A DNA stretch of 64,000 nt from an uncultured Nitrososphaerota archaeon. GTDB taxonomy: Archaea > Thermoproteota > Nitrososphaeria > Nitrososphaerales > CADDZS01. The position numbers and the translations under genes are program-made. Below are positions 20,511-30,896 of this stretch, in pieces. Below the pieces are notes generated by a model. The model saw only the letters and a program-made list of their open reading frames with translations, was not told the origin of the DNA and ran no database searches. Every line of letters starts with the position of its first letter. Position 1 is the stretch's first letter. The stretch is from contig CAWCYI010000004.1 in NCBI GenBank assembly GCA_963799845.1, positions 1,824,001 through 1,888,000 on the forward strand, written 5' to 3'.

Positions 20511-20648
20511 CTATATCTGCGAGCTTGCGGCGGGCGAATCGATCCTTCGTTCTTCGAGATCGACTACAATAATATGATTCCGTCTAGGGAACTCGTGAGC
20601 AAAGACGTGAATCAAGTTTTCAATAGCTTTCATCTTATCTTTGTCCAT
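20511..20648 (-). CDS. 45-aa microprotein, paralog of 15281-15457 (not in the ORF track)
   Basis: MDKDKMKAIENLIHVFAHEFPRRNHIIVVDLEERRIDSPAASSQI; GGTGAAT before the ATG. Confidence 0.6.
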   Translation of the reverse strand: MDKDKMKAIENLIHVFAHEFPRRNHIIVVDLEERRIDSPAASSQI

Positions 20649-20843
20649 ATTCACCTACCCTTTCTGGATCTTCGGAAATTATTTTTGAAAGCATGGCAAC
20701 CACGGATGTATTTTTTCCCAGAACTAGGACTTTTCCAATTAGAGAATCTGAACTTGTTGAATTGGCGAGCTCAATCAGGTTCGACATCGTATCGGTAAGC
20801 ATACTGCTATGGATTGAAAAACTGGGAAATACCTAGACTTGGG

Positions 20844-21104
20844 TTATTCTTCCAAGAGGTATTCTCCCATTTCTCTAATGAGATTCCTCGCTTCCCGAAC
20901 TTTTTTGGAATTATCCTCTGCGTAAGATTTTATCTTAAGGAGAGCGAGTTCGATCGCTTGACTATTTCCCTTGCCTTGCTCAATAGAATCTTCGATTACT
21001 TCGGCTTCGAAAACTATCATTTGGTCAATGTCGATGCTCGAATGCATCAACAAATTCACTCTTTGTATTTCACCCGGTTCTTCTTGATCGATTTCTTTTA
21101 GCAA
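20844..21104 (-). CDS. Stand-alone DHp/HisKA-like helical protein (copy 1)
   Basis: NLLMHSSIDIDQMIVFEAEVIED aligns without gaps to DILTHDIVNYNQIIRLQAELMGD of kinase 49175; paralog of 40527. Confidence 0.6.
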   Translation of the reverse strand: MLKEIDQEEPGEIQRVNLLMHSSIDIDQMIVFEAEVIEDSIEQGKGNSQAIELALLKIKSYAEDNSKKVREARNLIREMGEYLLEE

Positions 21105-21323
21105 GAACTGGTCCCTTCAAACATCAACTATTGTAAATGCTTTCAGGTTATTATCTTTGCAGTAACAATGATCCCAATAATAGTGATCCGGTTCCTCAGG
21201 CAGCCTTAGCTGCTGCCTGTGTGAAGAGCCGGATTGCATCCAAACGAAGGTAACTCGCAGATTCTCAAAAATAGTAATATCGACGTTCTATACATCGATG
21301 CTTAGCATCTGTGAAATATAATC

Positions 21324-21524
21324 TCAGCTTTTCTTAGCGCCTTTTAGAGTCGCCCTAAAAGCAACATCCACCACTATGCCGGCCTGAATTTTTTCAACCG
21401 AGAATTTGTAAGTCTCGATATTCGCGTCTACTTTGCCCAAATATTGGTGAATCTGATTTCCGAATGAGACAAGCTGGGTCTTTGCATCTTCGAGAGAGAT
21501 TGATTTCTTGTCGTCTTCTTTCAT
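21324..21524 (-). CDS. Small hypothetical protein, paralog of 48223-48459
   Basis: Shared QL..(F/Y)G.QI..YL.KVDA..E.YKFSVEK...G...D..FRATL. Confidence 0.75.
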   Translation of the reverse strand: MKEDDKKSISLEDAKTQLVSFGNQIHQYLGKVDANIETYKFSVEKIQAGIVVDVAFRATLKGAKKS

Positions 21525-21554
21525 TTTTCGATCGGGTGTGAGTAGGTGCATATG

Positions 21555-21583
21555 CTATAAGAACTTGAGGTAAGATTGTACTA
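21555..21583 (-). promoter_or_regulatory. Recurrent upstream element plus TATA box
   Basis: TAGTACAATCTT-acctcaagttc-TTATAG. Confidence 0.55.
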
Positions 21584-21841
21584 AATTCTCTATCCTTTTC
21601 ATAGATAGGAGTTTCATTCTCCATTTTACCTTGAAGAAAGATATACCATCCGTTCTTCTCGGGTTGTGCTGGACTATCCTTCGGGAAGGTCGGCCACAGG
21701 TCTTACCTGGTCCCGAGAGGACTTTTCTAATTCTGTCTTTAGGTTATTGATGGGTCTGGGCATGATTCGGAAGTCCCAGATCATCTTTGCCGGAAAACTA
21801 ACAGGTTAGTTACGACGGGCAAGTCTACATTAGGAGACGCG

Positions 21842-22111
21842 ATGGCTGCAATTCTTAGAGGCGGGTTGATCTATTTTCTAGTATTTTATGGCGTGCATTT
21901 CTTTTTGGCAGCACTACAAGGTTCGCCGGCCATATTTCTTGCACTCATTCTCGCCTTGCTCGCTTGGTTGGCCGTCTATCGTGCTTCATTTGATAAGAGC
22001 TGGTTTGGCGCGTTAGGCATAGTTGTAGTCGCATGGCTAGTTTTGGTCGTTTTAGACGCGATTCTGATTGCAACACCAGGCGTGAGTCTTCCCAAATTTT
22101 ATCCCTTCTGA
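21842..22111 (+). CDS. Small membrane protein; 5' part appears decayed
   Basis: Three TM helices; the C-terminus WLAVYRASF...WFGAL...PKFYPF is shared with 60919-61070. Confidence 0.6.
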   Translation: MAAILRGGLIYFLVFYGVHFFLAALQGSPAIFLALILALLAWLAVYRASFDKSWFGALGIVVVAWLVLVVLDAILIATPGVSLPKFYPF

Positions 22112-22490
22112 ATTTGGGGATCCCCAGATCTCAATTTTCGAAGTTGGCGGTTATCTGCCGAGCATGTGTATGAGCGATTCAGCCAAACCCAAAAGAATCG
22201 GAAATGTGAAGTTCCGTCCAAATGTGTTTGATTTCGAGCACAATTCCTGCTTATTTCCTTAGCAGCATCCCAAATTCTTGTTTACGAAAAACTAGTCCAT
22301 TTGAAAGCATTTCGTTCTACCAAACTTACCAGCCCAGGGGTTTGGTTTGATTCATGTGCATTTGAGGCGAATTTCTGCTTGTGCAGATACGTAGAAAGCG
22401 CAGATCCCGTGCGTACTCCGACAAGTCTGAATTCGCTTCGAAGCTCAAACAGGAATGGATACTTTGGAAAAAAGCATGCCAGTTCTTGTC

Positions 22491-23426
22491 TTAGCTTTTG
22501 TTGGCATCACGTACTTTGATCTTGAGCTGGGTTCTTATTTCCAGTTTTTCATTTTCGTCTTTTTCTGATCTCACTTCCCTTGCATGGGAACCGTGGGTTT
22601 CCGCGTAAACTTTAGAAAACTGGGCGCCGAACAGGATAAACAGGTTCATTATGTATATCCACAAGAACAGGACCATGAGAGCGCCGGCGGTTCCTGCAAG
22701 AGTCGTGACTTGAAAGACGCTCAGGTATACGCCGAATAGATAGTTGAGAATCGTGAAGACGAAGGCGGTTATCGCCGCCGCTAACCACACATCTCCCCAT
22801 CTGACGAGTGTTTCAGGTAGCAATTTGAAGATGATGGCGAATAGAAGGGTTCCTAATCCCAGAGATAGAACGACCTGAAGGGATCTCAAGAACAGAGGAG
22901 CCATGCTGCCTATCAATGGAACGAGGATGAATACCATTGCGTTGAAGAGCACGGTCGAGAAGGTGGTCCAGGCCACCACAATGAGTGAAAGCCCCACAAT
23001 CAACAAGAACGGAACCGCTTTTTTTCTTACGCTCGCTAGCCTCCCTTGTTTGGTTGGTTCTACCTCCCAAATTGCATCCATAGATTTTTGTAAGACCGAA
23101 AACGCGCCGACCGCCCCGGAAATCGCGAAGGTGACGCTTATCAGAGAGCCAAAATAAGATGTTAACGGACTCGCCGCGTTCCTTAGAAGTTGAGCAAGAA
23201 GGGCCCCGACGGAGGAACCAGCAAACGAGCTTACTTGGTTAACGAGTTGTTGGAGGGCTTGTTGTTGCCCGTATACCTGTGCGAGTATCGCCACGGCAAT
23301 GAGCGCGAGAGAGGGTAGGGGCATTATCGTAAAGAACGTGAGCGCGCCCGCAGTCAGCGTGGCGTCATGTTTTTGCCACTTCGTGAAGGTAACTTTGATC
23401 AAGTCTGTGAATTCTTGCCTGTTCAA
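22491..23426 (-). CDS. YihY/virulence factor BrkB family membrane protein
   Basis: AGALTFFT..PL, IFKLLP...WGDVWLAA, GALMVLFLWIY...ILFGAQF. Confidence 0.9.
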   Translation of the reverse strand: MNRQEFTDLIKVTFTKWQKHDATLTAGALTFFTIMPLPSLALIAVAILAQVYGQQQALQQLVNQVSSFAGSSVGALLAQLLRNAASPLTSYFGSLISVTFAISGAVGAFSVLQKSMDAIWEVEPTKQGRLASVRKKAVPFLLIVGLSLIVVAWTTFSTVLFNAMVFILVPLIGSMAPLFLRSLQVVLSLGLGTLLFAIIFKLLPETLVRWGDVWLAAAITAFVFTILNYLFGVYLSVFQVTTLAGTAGALMVLFLWIYIMNLFILFGAQFSKVYAETHGSHAREVRSEKDENEKLEIRTQLKIKVRDANKS

Positions 23427-23471
23427 GGACTTGCCCCTCGCTTCACCATCTAAAAAATAGCGACGACCAGC

Positions 23472-24128
23472 TCAGATCATCATTTCTATCGCGGTATACA
23501 CGCTGTTGATGGCCAGAGCTCTTGTCTTTGTCACGAGCTGCAAAAGCGTGGGTTTCGCATCTGCGCCCAAGGTTGCAATTCGGCGACCCTTGTAGGAGAC
23601 CGTCAGGGTAATTCCTAATTTCTTGGAAGTCTCAGCAATCGTCCTCATCATGGCAAGGGGATTGGATTTTTTCTCATTCACTTTCTTTTCTCGCGCCTCT
23701 GGATTCTTGGGAGTAAGCTCGTTGCGGAACTTCATCACCCTTTTCATGAACTGTTTATCCTCCACATCAAGGTCTAATTGTCTGCCCGCTACCTTGACTC
23801 TAAGCACCTCTAAATCTCCCGTGGAAATGAGAACCCTCCCCGATTCGAATGCAGTCGCCCTATTGTCGCGCTGTTCTTGCGACATCTTCACCGCCCCGTA
23901 ACTCGCGTTTCCGTTCTTCTTGTGTATAACATTGAAGTCGAGCTCGCCGGCGACTTCGTATAGTTTGTCGTCGATGGTGAGTCTTATGTCCTGAACGTCC
24001 ACCCGGAGGCTAGATTTTCCTCCCACGAGCTTGTCGATTATTTCGGCTATGCGATCGGGCTTCCATTTTGAAAATTCTTGTTTCAGTTCTGACTGGTTAA
24101 AGACCGTCACGACGAAGCACCCTAGCAA
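23472..24128 (-). CDS. Hypothetical protein
   Basis: 218-aa ORF, co-oriented with and just upstream of YihY. Confidence 0.65.
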   Translation of the reverse strand: MLGCFVVTVFNQSELKQEFSKWKPDRIAEIIDKLVGGKSSLRVDVQDIRLTIDDKLYEVAGELDFNVIHKKNGNASYGAVKMSQEQRDNRATAFESGRVLISTGDLEVLRVKVAGRQLDLDVEDKQFMKRVMKFRNELTPKNPEAREKKVNEKKSNPLAMMRTIAETSKKLGITLTVSYKGRRIATLGADAKPTLLQLVTKTRALAINSVYTAIEMMI

Positions 24129-24563
24129 ACATCACGAGGGTCCAGGTGGCGACAGGTTTCGCTACTCACAACGCTTCTCCTTCGCCTTCTGGGGCTTTCT
24201 GCTTTAACTTCGATTCGTTACAATCTTCCTAACAAGATCTCTGTAACTATCTGCTCTGGATAGTGTGGTTCCAGCGCCCTCTACCTGTCAAAGAGGGATC
24301 CCAAGATCGAACAAAAGAAATCTACTGAAGGACGAGTAATTTGTACTGGACACCAGTAATGATTACAAGAATATGAATGTCTTACGGAGACTCAAATCAA
24401 TTAGTGATCACCAGATCATCAAAGAGGACGTGACTAACGATAGGTCATCGCTAGATGTTTTTCAAAGGAACGCTGATGCCTCATTCACGGCATTTTGAAT
24501 GGCAGTTTTTTCATTTATTTGTTGTTTGATAAATGAAGAATCCAGATTAGATAATGATTGAAA

Positions 24564-24953
24564 TTAATTCTTCACCATTTCTAGGCATTCACCGAGTTGT
24601 TCAATTGAAAATGGTTTCAAAAGGAAAGGAAATCCTGCTTCAGCCGCTTTCTGTTTCACGAAATCATAAGCCGACACGAGAATTATTTTTGTGTTCTTTT
24701 TGTATCTAACTATGATGTTGGCTGCTTCGATACCGTTCATCTCGGGCATTCGATAATCCATGATGATGATGTCAAAAGACTGGCGATCTTTAGAAAGGGC
24801 TTTGACTATCGACGTTCCATCATTGAATAGAGACGGAGATGGATATCCTAATTTTTCGATGACTTGTGAACAGAGACCGGGCAGGTCCGGCTCATCATCG
24901 ACGACTGCAATTCTCAGATCAGCAATTCTTGGACTGTTGTTCGTTGCGACCAT
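24564..24953 (-). CDS. Stand-alone response regulator receiver
   Basis: VVDDE, MDYRMPEMNG, KPF. Confidence 0.92.
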   Translation of the reverse strand: MVATNNSPRIADLRIAVVDDEPDLPGLCSQVIEKLGYPSPSLFNDGTSIVKALSKDRQSFDIIIMDYRMPEMNGIEAANIIVRYKKNTKIILVSAYDFVKQKAAEAGFPFLLKPFSIEQLGECLEMVKN

Positions 24954-25193
24954 TATCCCAAATTTGATTGGTACAGAACTAAATTTTCATAAAAGCGAAG
25001 CGCTCTCTTGCAATTTTCGCTACTGGGGAATTCTCCATTTTAGGAGAAAAAGCTCTTCGGGTATCGAGATTCGACATCCATTCTTAATACAGACTGCACC
25101 CCGATTTTCCAAAAATCACTTAAGTGAAACATGAATGACCCAAATCATTCAACCATTAACTCTAACTGCACTCCAATATCTTCCATGCTATGA

Positions 25194-25580
25194 ATGCGAA
25201 AGACATCCCATCTATCCAAAGAAACCTCCCATGACGTTACATCTAGGCGAAGTATGCCTAATCTGCAAGGACAAGGAATCTTTTTGAGTTTCGTCATTCT
25301 TGGAACACAGGCTGGAATCATCGGAATTCTACTCCTCCTTGCCGATGGATTAGTAATTGGAATAGCTGGAAAGAAAGCTCTGGCTTCAGTTCTCCTCATA
25401 ATTGTTTGCTTGGTTCTCGCTAGTTTCATCGGGCTCGTAATTCCTTTCTTAACAGTGAGCGACGTTTGGACTCAAGTAGTTAGTATTCTGAGTTCCCAAG
25501 CATCTCGCACCGGACCAATAATCTACTCATTTCCAGTGTTCTGGATTCTCGGTTTTGGCATCGGTGTGTGGAAAGGCTAG
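25194..25580 (+). CDS. Small membrane protein (family with 37130 and 43130); true start probably later
   Basis: DGLVIGIAGKK...FPVFWILGFGIGVWKG. Confidence 0.7.
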   Translation: MRKTSHLSKETSHDVTSRRSMPNLQGQGIFLSFVILGTQAGIIGILLLLADGLVIGIAGKKALASVLLIIVCLVLASFIGLVIPFLTVSDVWTQVVSILSSQASRTGPIIYSFPVFWILGFGIGVWKG

Positions 25581-25645
25581 TTAGAATCCGCTGTATTTTA
25601 ATTGAAGTCTAATCATATCACTTTTCTGGAGATGCCAGTGAGGAT

Positions 25646-27346
25646 TTGACGAGTGCTGTCGAACGCACAGAAGTTCTGACAGATCAGAAGTTAGTTATGG
25701 ACAGGGCTCTCGCCATTTTCTCCAACGCGAAGAATGGGGTTGACATACTCGCGGAAGCGATGGCTCTCCCGGAATCAGAGCAATCTCAAGAGGCCAAGAA
25801 CGCGGCGGAAGCATACTTCGACATAAAGAAGAGGGGAGGACGCCTGAGGATACTCACTAAGATTGACGTGAAGAATGTTTCGTACAGTAAGGAGCTAATG
25901 AAAAACGTAGAACTTCGTCATCTTGACGACGTAAAGGGGAACTTTGCGATAAGCGACAGCGAGTACATTTCTTCTCCGACGGGCACAACTTTTCGCCCTA
26001 ATATCATGGTCCCCGTCATCTATAGTAATGCCAGACCTTTCATTGAGCAAAACAGAAATGCGTTCGAGAGATTCTGGTATATGGCCACGCCTGCAGAGGA
26101 ACGAATCAAAGAAATTGAGGAAGGGATTGTTCAACCCCGGATTGAAATAATAAACAACCCGGACCAGATTCTAAAGCTGCATTTCGATCTAGTTATCCAA
26201 GCCAAAGAAGAAATTCTGGTCATTTTGCCAACTGCTAACGCGTTCCATCGCGAAGAGAGAATCGGGGTAATTGAAGCTCTGAAGATCGCCGCCTCAGAAC
26301 GAGCAGTGAAGGTCAGCATAATCGCTCCAGATTCCCTCATTCAGGAGACTCTCGGATCTTTGAACAGAGAGACACAGGCACACGCCGGGAGAGAACTGAT
26401 TAACCACAGGCGTATTCTTGAAGCCACTACTCCTAACACCGTAACTGTTCTCGTGGTCGATAGAAATTCCTCACTCGTCATCGAAGAGAAGGATGACTCG
26501 CAAGCCGATTTTGGCAAAGCAATCGGCGTGGCCACCTATTCGACTAGGAATTCCATGGTGCTCGCAAACGTTCGGTTCTTTGAGAGAATGTGGGAAGAGG
26601 TTGAACTCAGGGAGAGGGAAAAGGTTCTCCTGGAAAGGGAGAAACGAAGCAGAAAAGCTGCAGAACTTTTGCAGGACATCATGGCGCACGACATCAGGAA
26701 CTACAATCAGATTTCCAAGACCAGTGCCGAAATGTTGAAGGCTGACTTGCAGAGCACACAAAGGCTATCTCTTATTGATTCGATACTGAAAGCAACAGAC
26801 GGTTCAAGCGAGCTGATCGATAGGGCTAAGAAACTGGGAAGGATAATCTCGCAGGTGGAAATAGAGCTCCATCCTGTCGATCTCAAAGATTCGCTGGAAA
26901 CATCGGTAGCCTTGATAATAAAGTCCCATCCTCAAAGGTCAATCAATCTTTCATCCTCTGTAGAATCGGGAGTACGAGTGTTCGCGGATAATCTGTTGGA
27001 GGAAGCGTTCACTAACATAATGTCTAACTCGGTCAACTACACTGAAACAGATGAAGTTCCTGTTGAAATTCAAGTGGAAGAGACCGAAGAAGAGACTCTT
27101 GAAAGAAAAAGGATGCCGTACTGGAAGATAACTTTCACTGATCATGGAGAGGGCATACCGGACAAGATGAAGGACAAAATATTCACGCGTTATCTGAACA
27201 CATCAACTGGAGCGGGCCTTGGACTCTCAATAGTCTATGCGCTGGTGGTGGAGAGGTATTCGGGAAAAGTGAAAATCACAGATAGGGTGAAAGGAGACTA
27301 CGCAAAGGGGACAAAGGTGGAAGTATGGTTACCAAAAGCATCTTGA
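25646..27346 (+). CDS. Cytoplasmic sensor histidine kinase with tandem TrmB/PLD-like N-terminal domains
   Basis: H-box AHDIRNYNQ, N-box NIMSNSVNY, G1 DHGEGIP, G2 GAGLGL; ELRHLDDVKGNFAISD sensor motif; no TM helix. Confidence 0.92.
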   Translation: MTSAVERTEVLTDQKLVMDRALAIFSNAKNGVDILAEAMALPESEQSQEAKNAAEAYFDIKKRGGRLRILTKIDVKNVSYSKELMKNVELRHLDDVKGNFAISDSEYISSPTGTTFRPNIMVPVIYSNARPFIEQNRNAFERFWYMATPAEERIKEIEEGIVQPRIEIINNPDQILKLHFDLVIQAKEEILVILPTANAFHREERIGVIEALKIAASERAVKVSIIAPDSLIQETLGSLNRETQAHAGRELINHRRILEATTPNTVTVLVVDRNSSLVIEEKDDSQADFGKAIGVATYSTRNSMVLANVRFFERMWEEVELREREKVLLEREKRSRKAAELLQDIMAHDIRNYNQISKTSAEMLKADLQSTQRLSLIDSILKATDGSSELIDRAKKLGRIISQVEIELHPVDLKDSLETSVALIIKSHPQRSINLSSSVESGVRVFADNLLEEAFTNIMSNSVNYTETDEVPVEIQVEETEEETLERKRMPYWKITFTDHGEGIPDKMKDKIFTRYLNTSTGAGLGLSIVYALVVERYSGKVKITDRVKGDYAKGTKVEVWLPKAS

Positions 27347-27840
27347 TCGTTCGACAGGTCTATCCGCCCAGTTTCGCCACTTTGATAAGCTCGACCACAG
27401 ATTATTCAGGAAAATCGAATCGGATCGGACAGAACACTCATTTTTCAAACGATCAAGGCGAGACTGGAAGGCATAGCAGCAAGAGCATCGCGATAGTGGA
27501 TGATGAGGAAGACTTGTGCTCGTTGTTTTCAATGTTGATCAAGAATTTAGGATATCACGCGGCGTGTGTTGCCCATGACGGAGATGAAATTGTTCAACTT
27601 GTGTTGGAGGATAGCATCCACCCGGATCTGATATTGATGGACTACCGCATGCCTACGATGAATGGCATGCAGGCAGCCGAGAAGATTCTGCACGTCAGGC
27701 CGGAGACAAAGATAATCATCGCCACTGCCGACGACTCGGTGAGGCGAGATGCGATTTCTGAGGGGTTTTTCTTCATACAGAAACCTTTCTCCATATCGGC
27801 ACTCGCCAAGAAAATAGAAGAGGCATTAGGACAGCGATAG
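27325..27840 (+). CDS. Response regulator receiver (start uncertain)
   Basis: IVDDE, MDYRMPTMNG, TA, KPF; directly follows the kinase. Confidence 0.88.
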   Translation: MVTKSILIVRQVYPPSFATLISSTTDYSGKSNRIGQNTHFSNDQGETGRHSSKSIAIVDDEEDLCSLFSMLIKNLGYHAACVAHDGDEIVQLVLEDSIHPDLILMDYRMPTMNGMQAAEKILHVRPETKIIIATADDSVRRDAISEGFFFIQKPFSISALAKKIEEALGQR

Positions 27841-28044
27841 TGAGTCGACCTAGAACATCCGAAGCGATATGCCATGATCATGTATCGAAGTTCCATATGG
27901 AGGAGTCATCCTCTCATCATCTGATTTATGAACTACGAGATATTTCAAGGTTGGTCCTATTTCTCTCGCCTATTGATTATACACAGGTCTTCTAGTCTGC
28001 AGTTTCCAAGATGTTATCAGCAGCAAACTCTATTACACGCAAAC

Positions 28045-28310
28045 GTGGGTTTAGGGCGATAGATAATCATTCTGCTCTTGATTGTTGTACTTTATAGCTT
28101 TTTGGTTCCTGTTTTTCCTGTGACATCGTAATCCCGCTCAATTTTTGGGCAACCTTTCAAATTGGTGCCAATATCTCCTTGACATTTCTTATCTTCCACT
28201 GCGGCTACTATTCGAATGCCCATTCATCTACCAACATAGATGGATCACATTTACGCATCCAATTTCGAACTGATACAATTTTCAGTGTAACTTTTCGAGC
28301 TCATCTGAAT
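28045..28310 (+). pseudogene. Decayed paralog of 16744-17052
   Basis: GLGR*IIILLLIVVLYSFLVPVF ... LTFLIFHCGYYSNAHS ... YNFQCNF, with stops and shifts. Confidence 0.6.
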
Positions 28311-28370
28311 AACAGAGTTTGTTCAGGAGAAAACAGGGGACTCCAAAGCTGCCAAATCAAAGCGTACGAA

Positions 28371-28493
28371 CTAACCTACGTCTTCATTAGAATCATCTTT
28401 TTTTGCTTTCCCTAACTCCTGAGGGAGATCTGGCTTGCCTTCGATTTTTTCTTCGAATTTATCCTCGGCTTTTTCTTTTTCGTTCTTATGCAT
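28371..28493 (-). CDS. Possible 40-aa hydrophilic microprotein
   Basis: MHKNEKEKAEDKFEEKNRRQARSPSGVRESKKDDSNEDVG; a variant of the upstream element-N9-TAAATA precedes it. Confidence 0.35.
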   Translation of the reverse strand: MHKNEKEKAEDKFEEKIEGKPDLPQELGKAKKDDSNEDVG

Positions 28494-28706
28494 GTTTGAT
28501 TCCGATTTTCTCTATGAAGTCAGATATTTAGAAGGGATGGGATTTGTTTCTAGACAAATGATCAGCTCGTCCTTTTGGTTCGTAGAAATGTGAGGGCCCG
28601 TGGAACTGTCAGCTCGACTATATCCCGATAGTTAGCTAGGAATCGAACTGTTCATTTTTATAATGGCATAGGCTTCCACTAAGATCAGGACTAAGGTTCT
28701 CTTTCA

Positions 28707-28994
28707 GTGATTATTCTCGATGTTTTTCTATTCAGCTTGATCCATGCGCTCCCAAATGCATCCCTATTCTTGGGTGAAAGGATCCTGAATGGCTTAGCCG
28801 ACTTATTTGGTGGCATAATTCTTCTCGTGATAGGAATATTAATCATAGTGTTGCTTGTGGCTGCTGCCATAGTCTTATTGCCGGCGATCATTGTCGGAGT
28901 TCTCGTGTGGTTTTTGACGGGCAGTTTCTTCTACGCAGGAATCTCGTTTCTTATCGTCGCCCTGATTAGCCTGGTGGCAATGTCTGACGATTAA
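28707..28994 (+). CDS. Small membrane protein, paralog of 42348
   Basis: Shared DL.GG.I.LVIGILII...LLPA..VGV..WFLTGSFFYAGI.FL. Confidence 0.7.
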   Translation: MIILDVFLFSLIHALPNASLFLGERILNGLADLFGGIILLVIGILIIVLLVAAAIVLLPAIIVGVLVWFLTGSFFYAGISFLIVALISLVAMSDD

Positions 28995-29105
28995 GTCTGT
29001 CGGATCGAGGGCACTGATGATTTGGGAAATTTGTAGCCCGTTAGATGAAAATCGATGGAATGAATCCTAGACTACATATTATGGATTTTCCATCTTAAGA
29101 TAATT

Positions 29106-30141
29106 TCTCTTATCAAACAATTATTTCGCTCCATAGTCAACAAGGTTAGGCTGGGGGACTATTGGAGGAGCATCTGGAAGAAGCATGGCTATGGGTCAAG
29201 AAAGCTTTCAGAGGAAAAGGTGGTGTGGGTGGTCAAGGCTAGAGAGAGCGGCCTTGCAGCCAGGGATATCGCATCAACCCAGAACATCACCGTGAGAAGA
29301 GTGGAGCAGCTTTATGCCCAATACAGGGAATCCGGAGAGATACCATCTCTCAAGAAGGCAGGCAGAAAAAGAATCGAGATCCCAATTGAGGAGAGGAATG
29401 CGATCATCGAAGCTTCAAGGAAGTTTGGCGTCGGAGCCTGCTACCTCGTTTCAATCCTCAAGAGAGATTACGGCATCGATGAAACAAACCACATGCGAGT
29501 CTATAGCGTATTGAAGGAGGAAGGATTGTTGTACAATACAGCAAGGACGCGCTTCAAGCGCAAGTGGATCAGATATGAAAGGGAGCATTCCAATTCGTTG
29601 TGGCACGTCGATTGGCACGAGATGAAATCGTCAGTATACAGGGGCAAGTGGCTGGTAATCTACGAGGATGACGCATCGAGGTACATCCTGGGTTATGGCG
29701 TGTTTGACTCTCCGTCGTCTGAAAATGCAGTGAGCGTCCTGAAGGAAGCGATCAGGGAACATGGCAGACCAGCATCAATCCTCTCAGACAGAGGTACATC
29801 CTTCTATGCGGTCGAAGCTGAAACAAAAACGAAAGGTCTCACTGAATTCGAGCTCTATCTGATGAGGAATCACATCAAACATATTCTTTCAAGAGTGAGA
29901 CATCCCCAAACCAATGGAAAATTGGAGAAGCTCTTTGATACGGTTGAAAGAGGACTCGCGAAGGGATTCTCTCCGATTGAGGAGTGCGTACGCTGGTACA
30001 ACTGCATCAAGCCCCACGGAGCCCTTGATCTGGAGAGAGCTGAAACTCCACTGGAAGCCTACTACAGGAAGATGGAAATAAAAGAGGAACTCATAGATCC
30101 TTCAATCATGTGGGAGAGCGAAATGATTCTTTGATAGAACA
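29106..30141 (+). mobile_element. IS481-family insertion sequence
   Basis: Imperfect ~26-bp terminal IRs (tctcttatcaaacaattatttcgctc versus the reverse complement of the right end, tgttctatcaaagaatcatttcgctc); flanked by the 15-bp direct repeat CATCTTAAGATAATT (29091-29105 and 30142-30156). Confidence 0.88.
29220..30134 (+). CDS. IS481-family DDE transposase (true start probably ATG 29191 via a 1-bp indel)
   Basis: RYEREHSNSLWHVDW, DDASR, ILSDRG, HPQTNGKLEK, YN..KPH. Confidence 0.9.
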   Translation: MVWVVKARESGLAARDIASTQNITVRRVEQLYAQYRESGEIPSLKKAGRKRIEIPIEERNAIIEASRKFGVGACYLVSILKRDYGIDETNHMRVYSVLKEEGLLYNTARTRFKRKWIRYEREHSNSLWHVDWHEMKSSVYRGKWLVIYEDDASRYILGYGVFDSPSSENAVSVLKEAIREHGRPASILSDRGTSFYAVEAETKTKGLTEFELYLMRNHIKHILSRVRHPQTNGKLEKLFDTVERGLAKGFSPIEECVRWYNCIKPHGALDLERAETPLEAYYRKMEIKEELIDPSIMWESEMIL

Positions 30142-30296
30142 CATCTTAAGATAATTCTATAGAAATTAATGTTTTTGACATGACTTCAATCCCTGCCCAC
30201 AAACTTCTCAAGATGTTTAGGTAATTCTTATAGTGATCGCTCTGAATTGCACTACTTTCAAATTTTCCAATAGAAGATTCGTAACCAAAGTCTAAA

Positions 30297-30593
30297 TTGA
30301 AATCATGCATTTCTATCATTTTGATATTAATGCAAAATAATAGACTGAGATTTCCAGAGAAGAGTCTCAGGTTGTATCTTGCCGCGGCCTTTTTCTTTTT
30401 GGTTGTGACCGTGATTGAAATGGCTGTTTACATAACGCATTCTTTCGGAAATTCGGTAGAGAATGTTGCTTCCAGTTTCTGGTTATCTGGTAGCCTATGC
30501 TTGGGAAATGTTGGATTGTATCTCTTTGCAAAGCACAAGAATAATGTTCAGAGACGGGCCCTGTTCGATAATGAAGAACCGAAAAATAATTGA
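30297..30593 (+). CDS. Small two-TM hypothetical protein
   Basis: Two hydrophobic segments; start probably ATG 30330. Confidence 0.45.
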   Translation: MKSCISIILILMQNNRLRFPEKSLRLYLAAAFFFLVVTVIEMAVYITHSFGNSVENVASSFWLSGSLCLGNVGLYLFAKHKNNVQRRALFDNEEPKNN

Positions 30594-30896
30594 GCTTTTC
30601 TTAAGTCTTCAATTTGTTACATATCCTGTAAGGGAATGAAGAAAATAGTTCGACTTTGCAGTATTTTAGCAATCCTAAGTCTGATTTCTGCAATCATTTG
30701 ATGCTAGTGTTGGTATCAACGCCAGCGTTACGGCTGGGTCGAATTCCCGGATAGCTCGCAAAAGCAATACGAATGATATGGTGTCGGGGAATCCGTCTTA
30801 TTCGTTTGGCGGAAAGGGTAACAATCACTCAAATTCCAAAACAACCACTAACCTCAACAACTAGCACTTCTACAATTTATAATCCAAGTGCGAACA

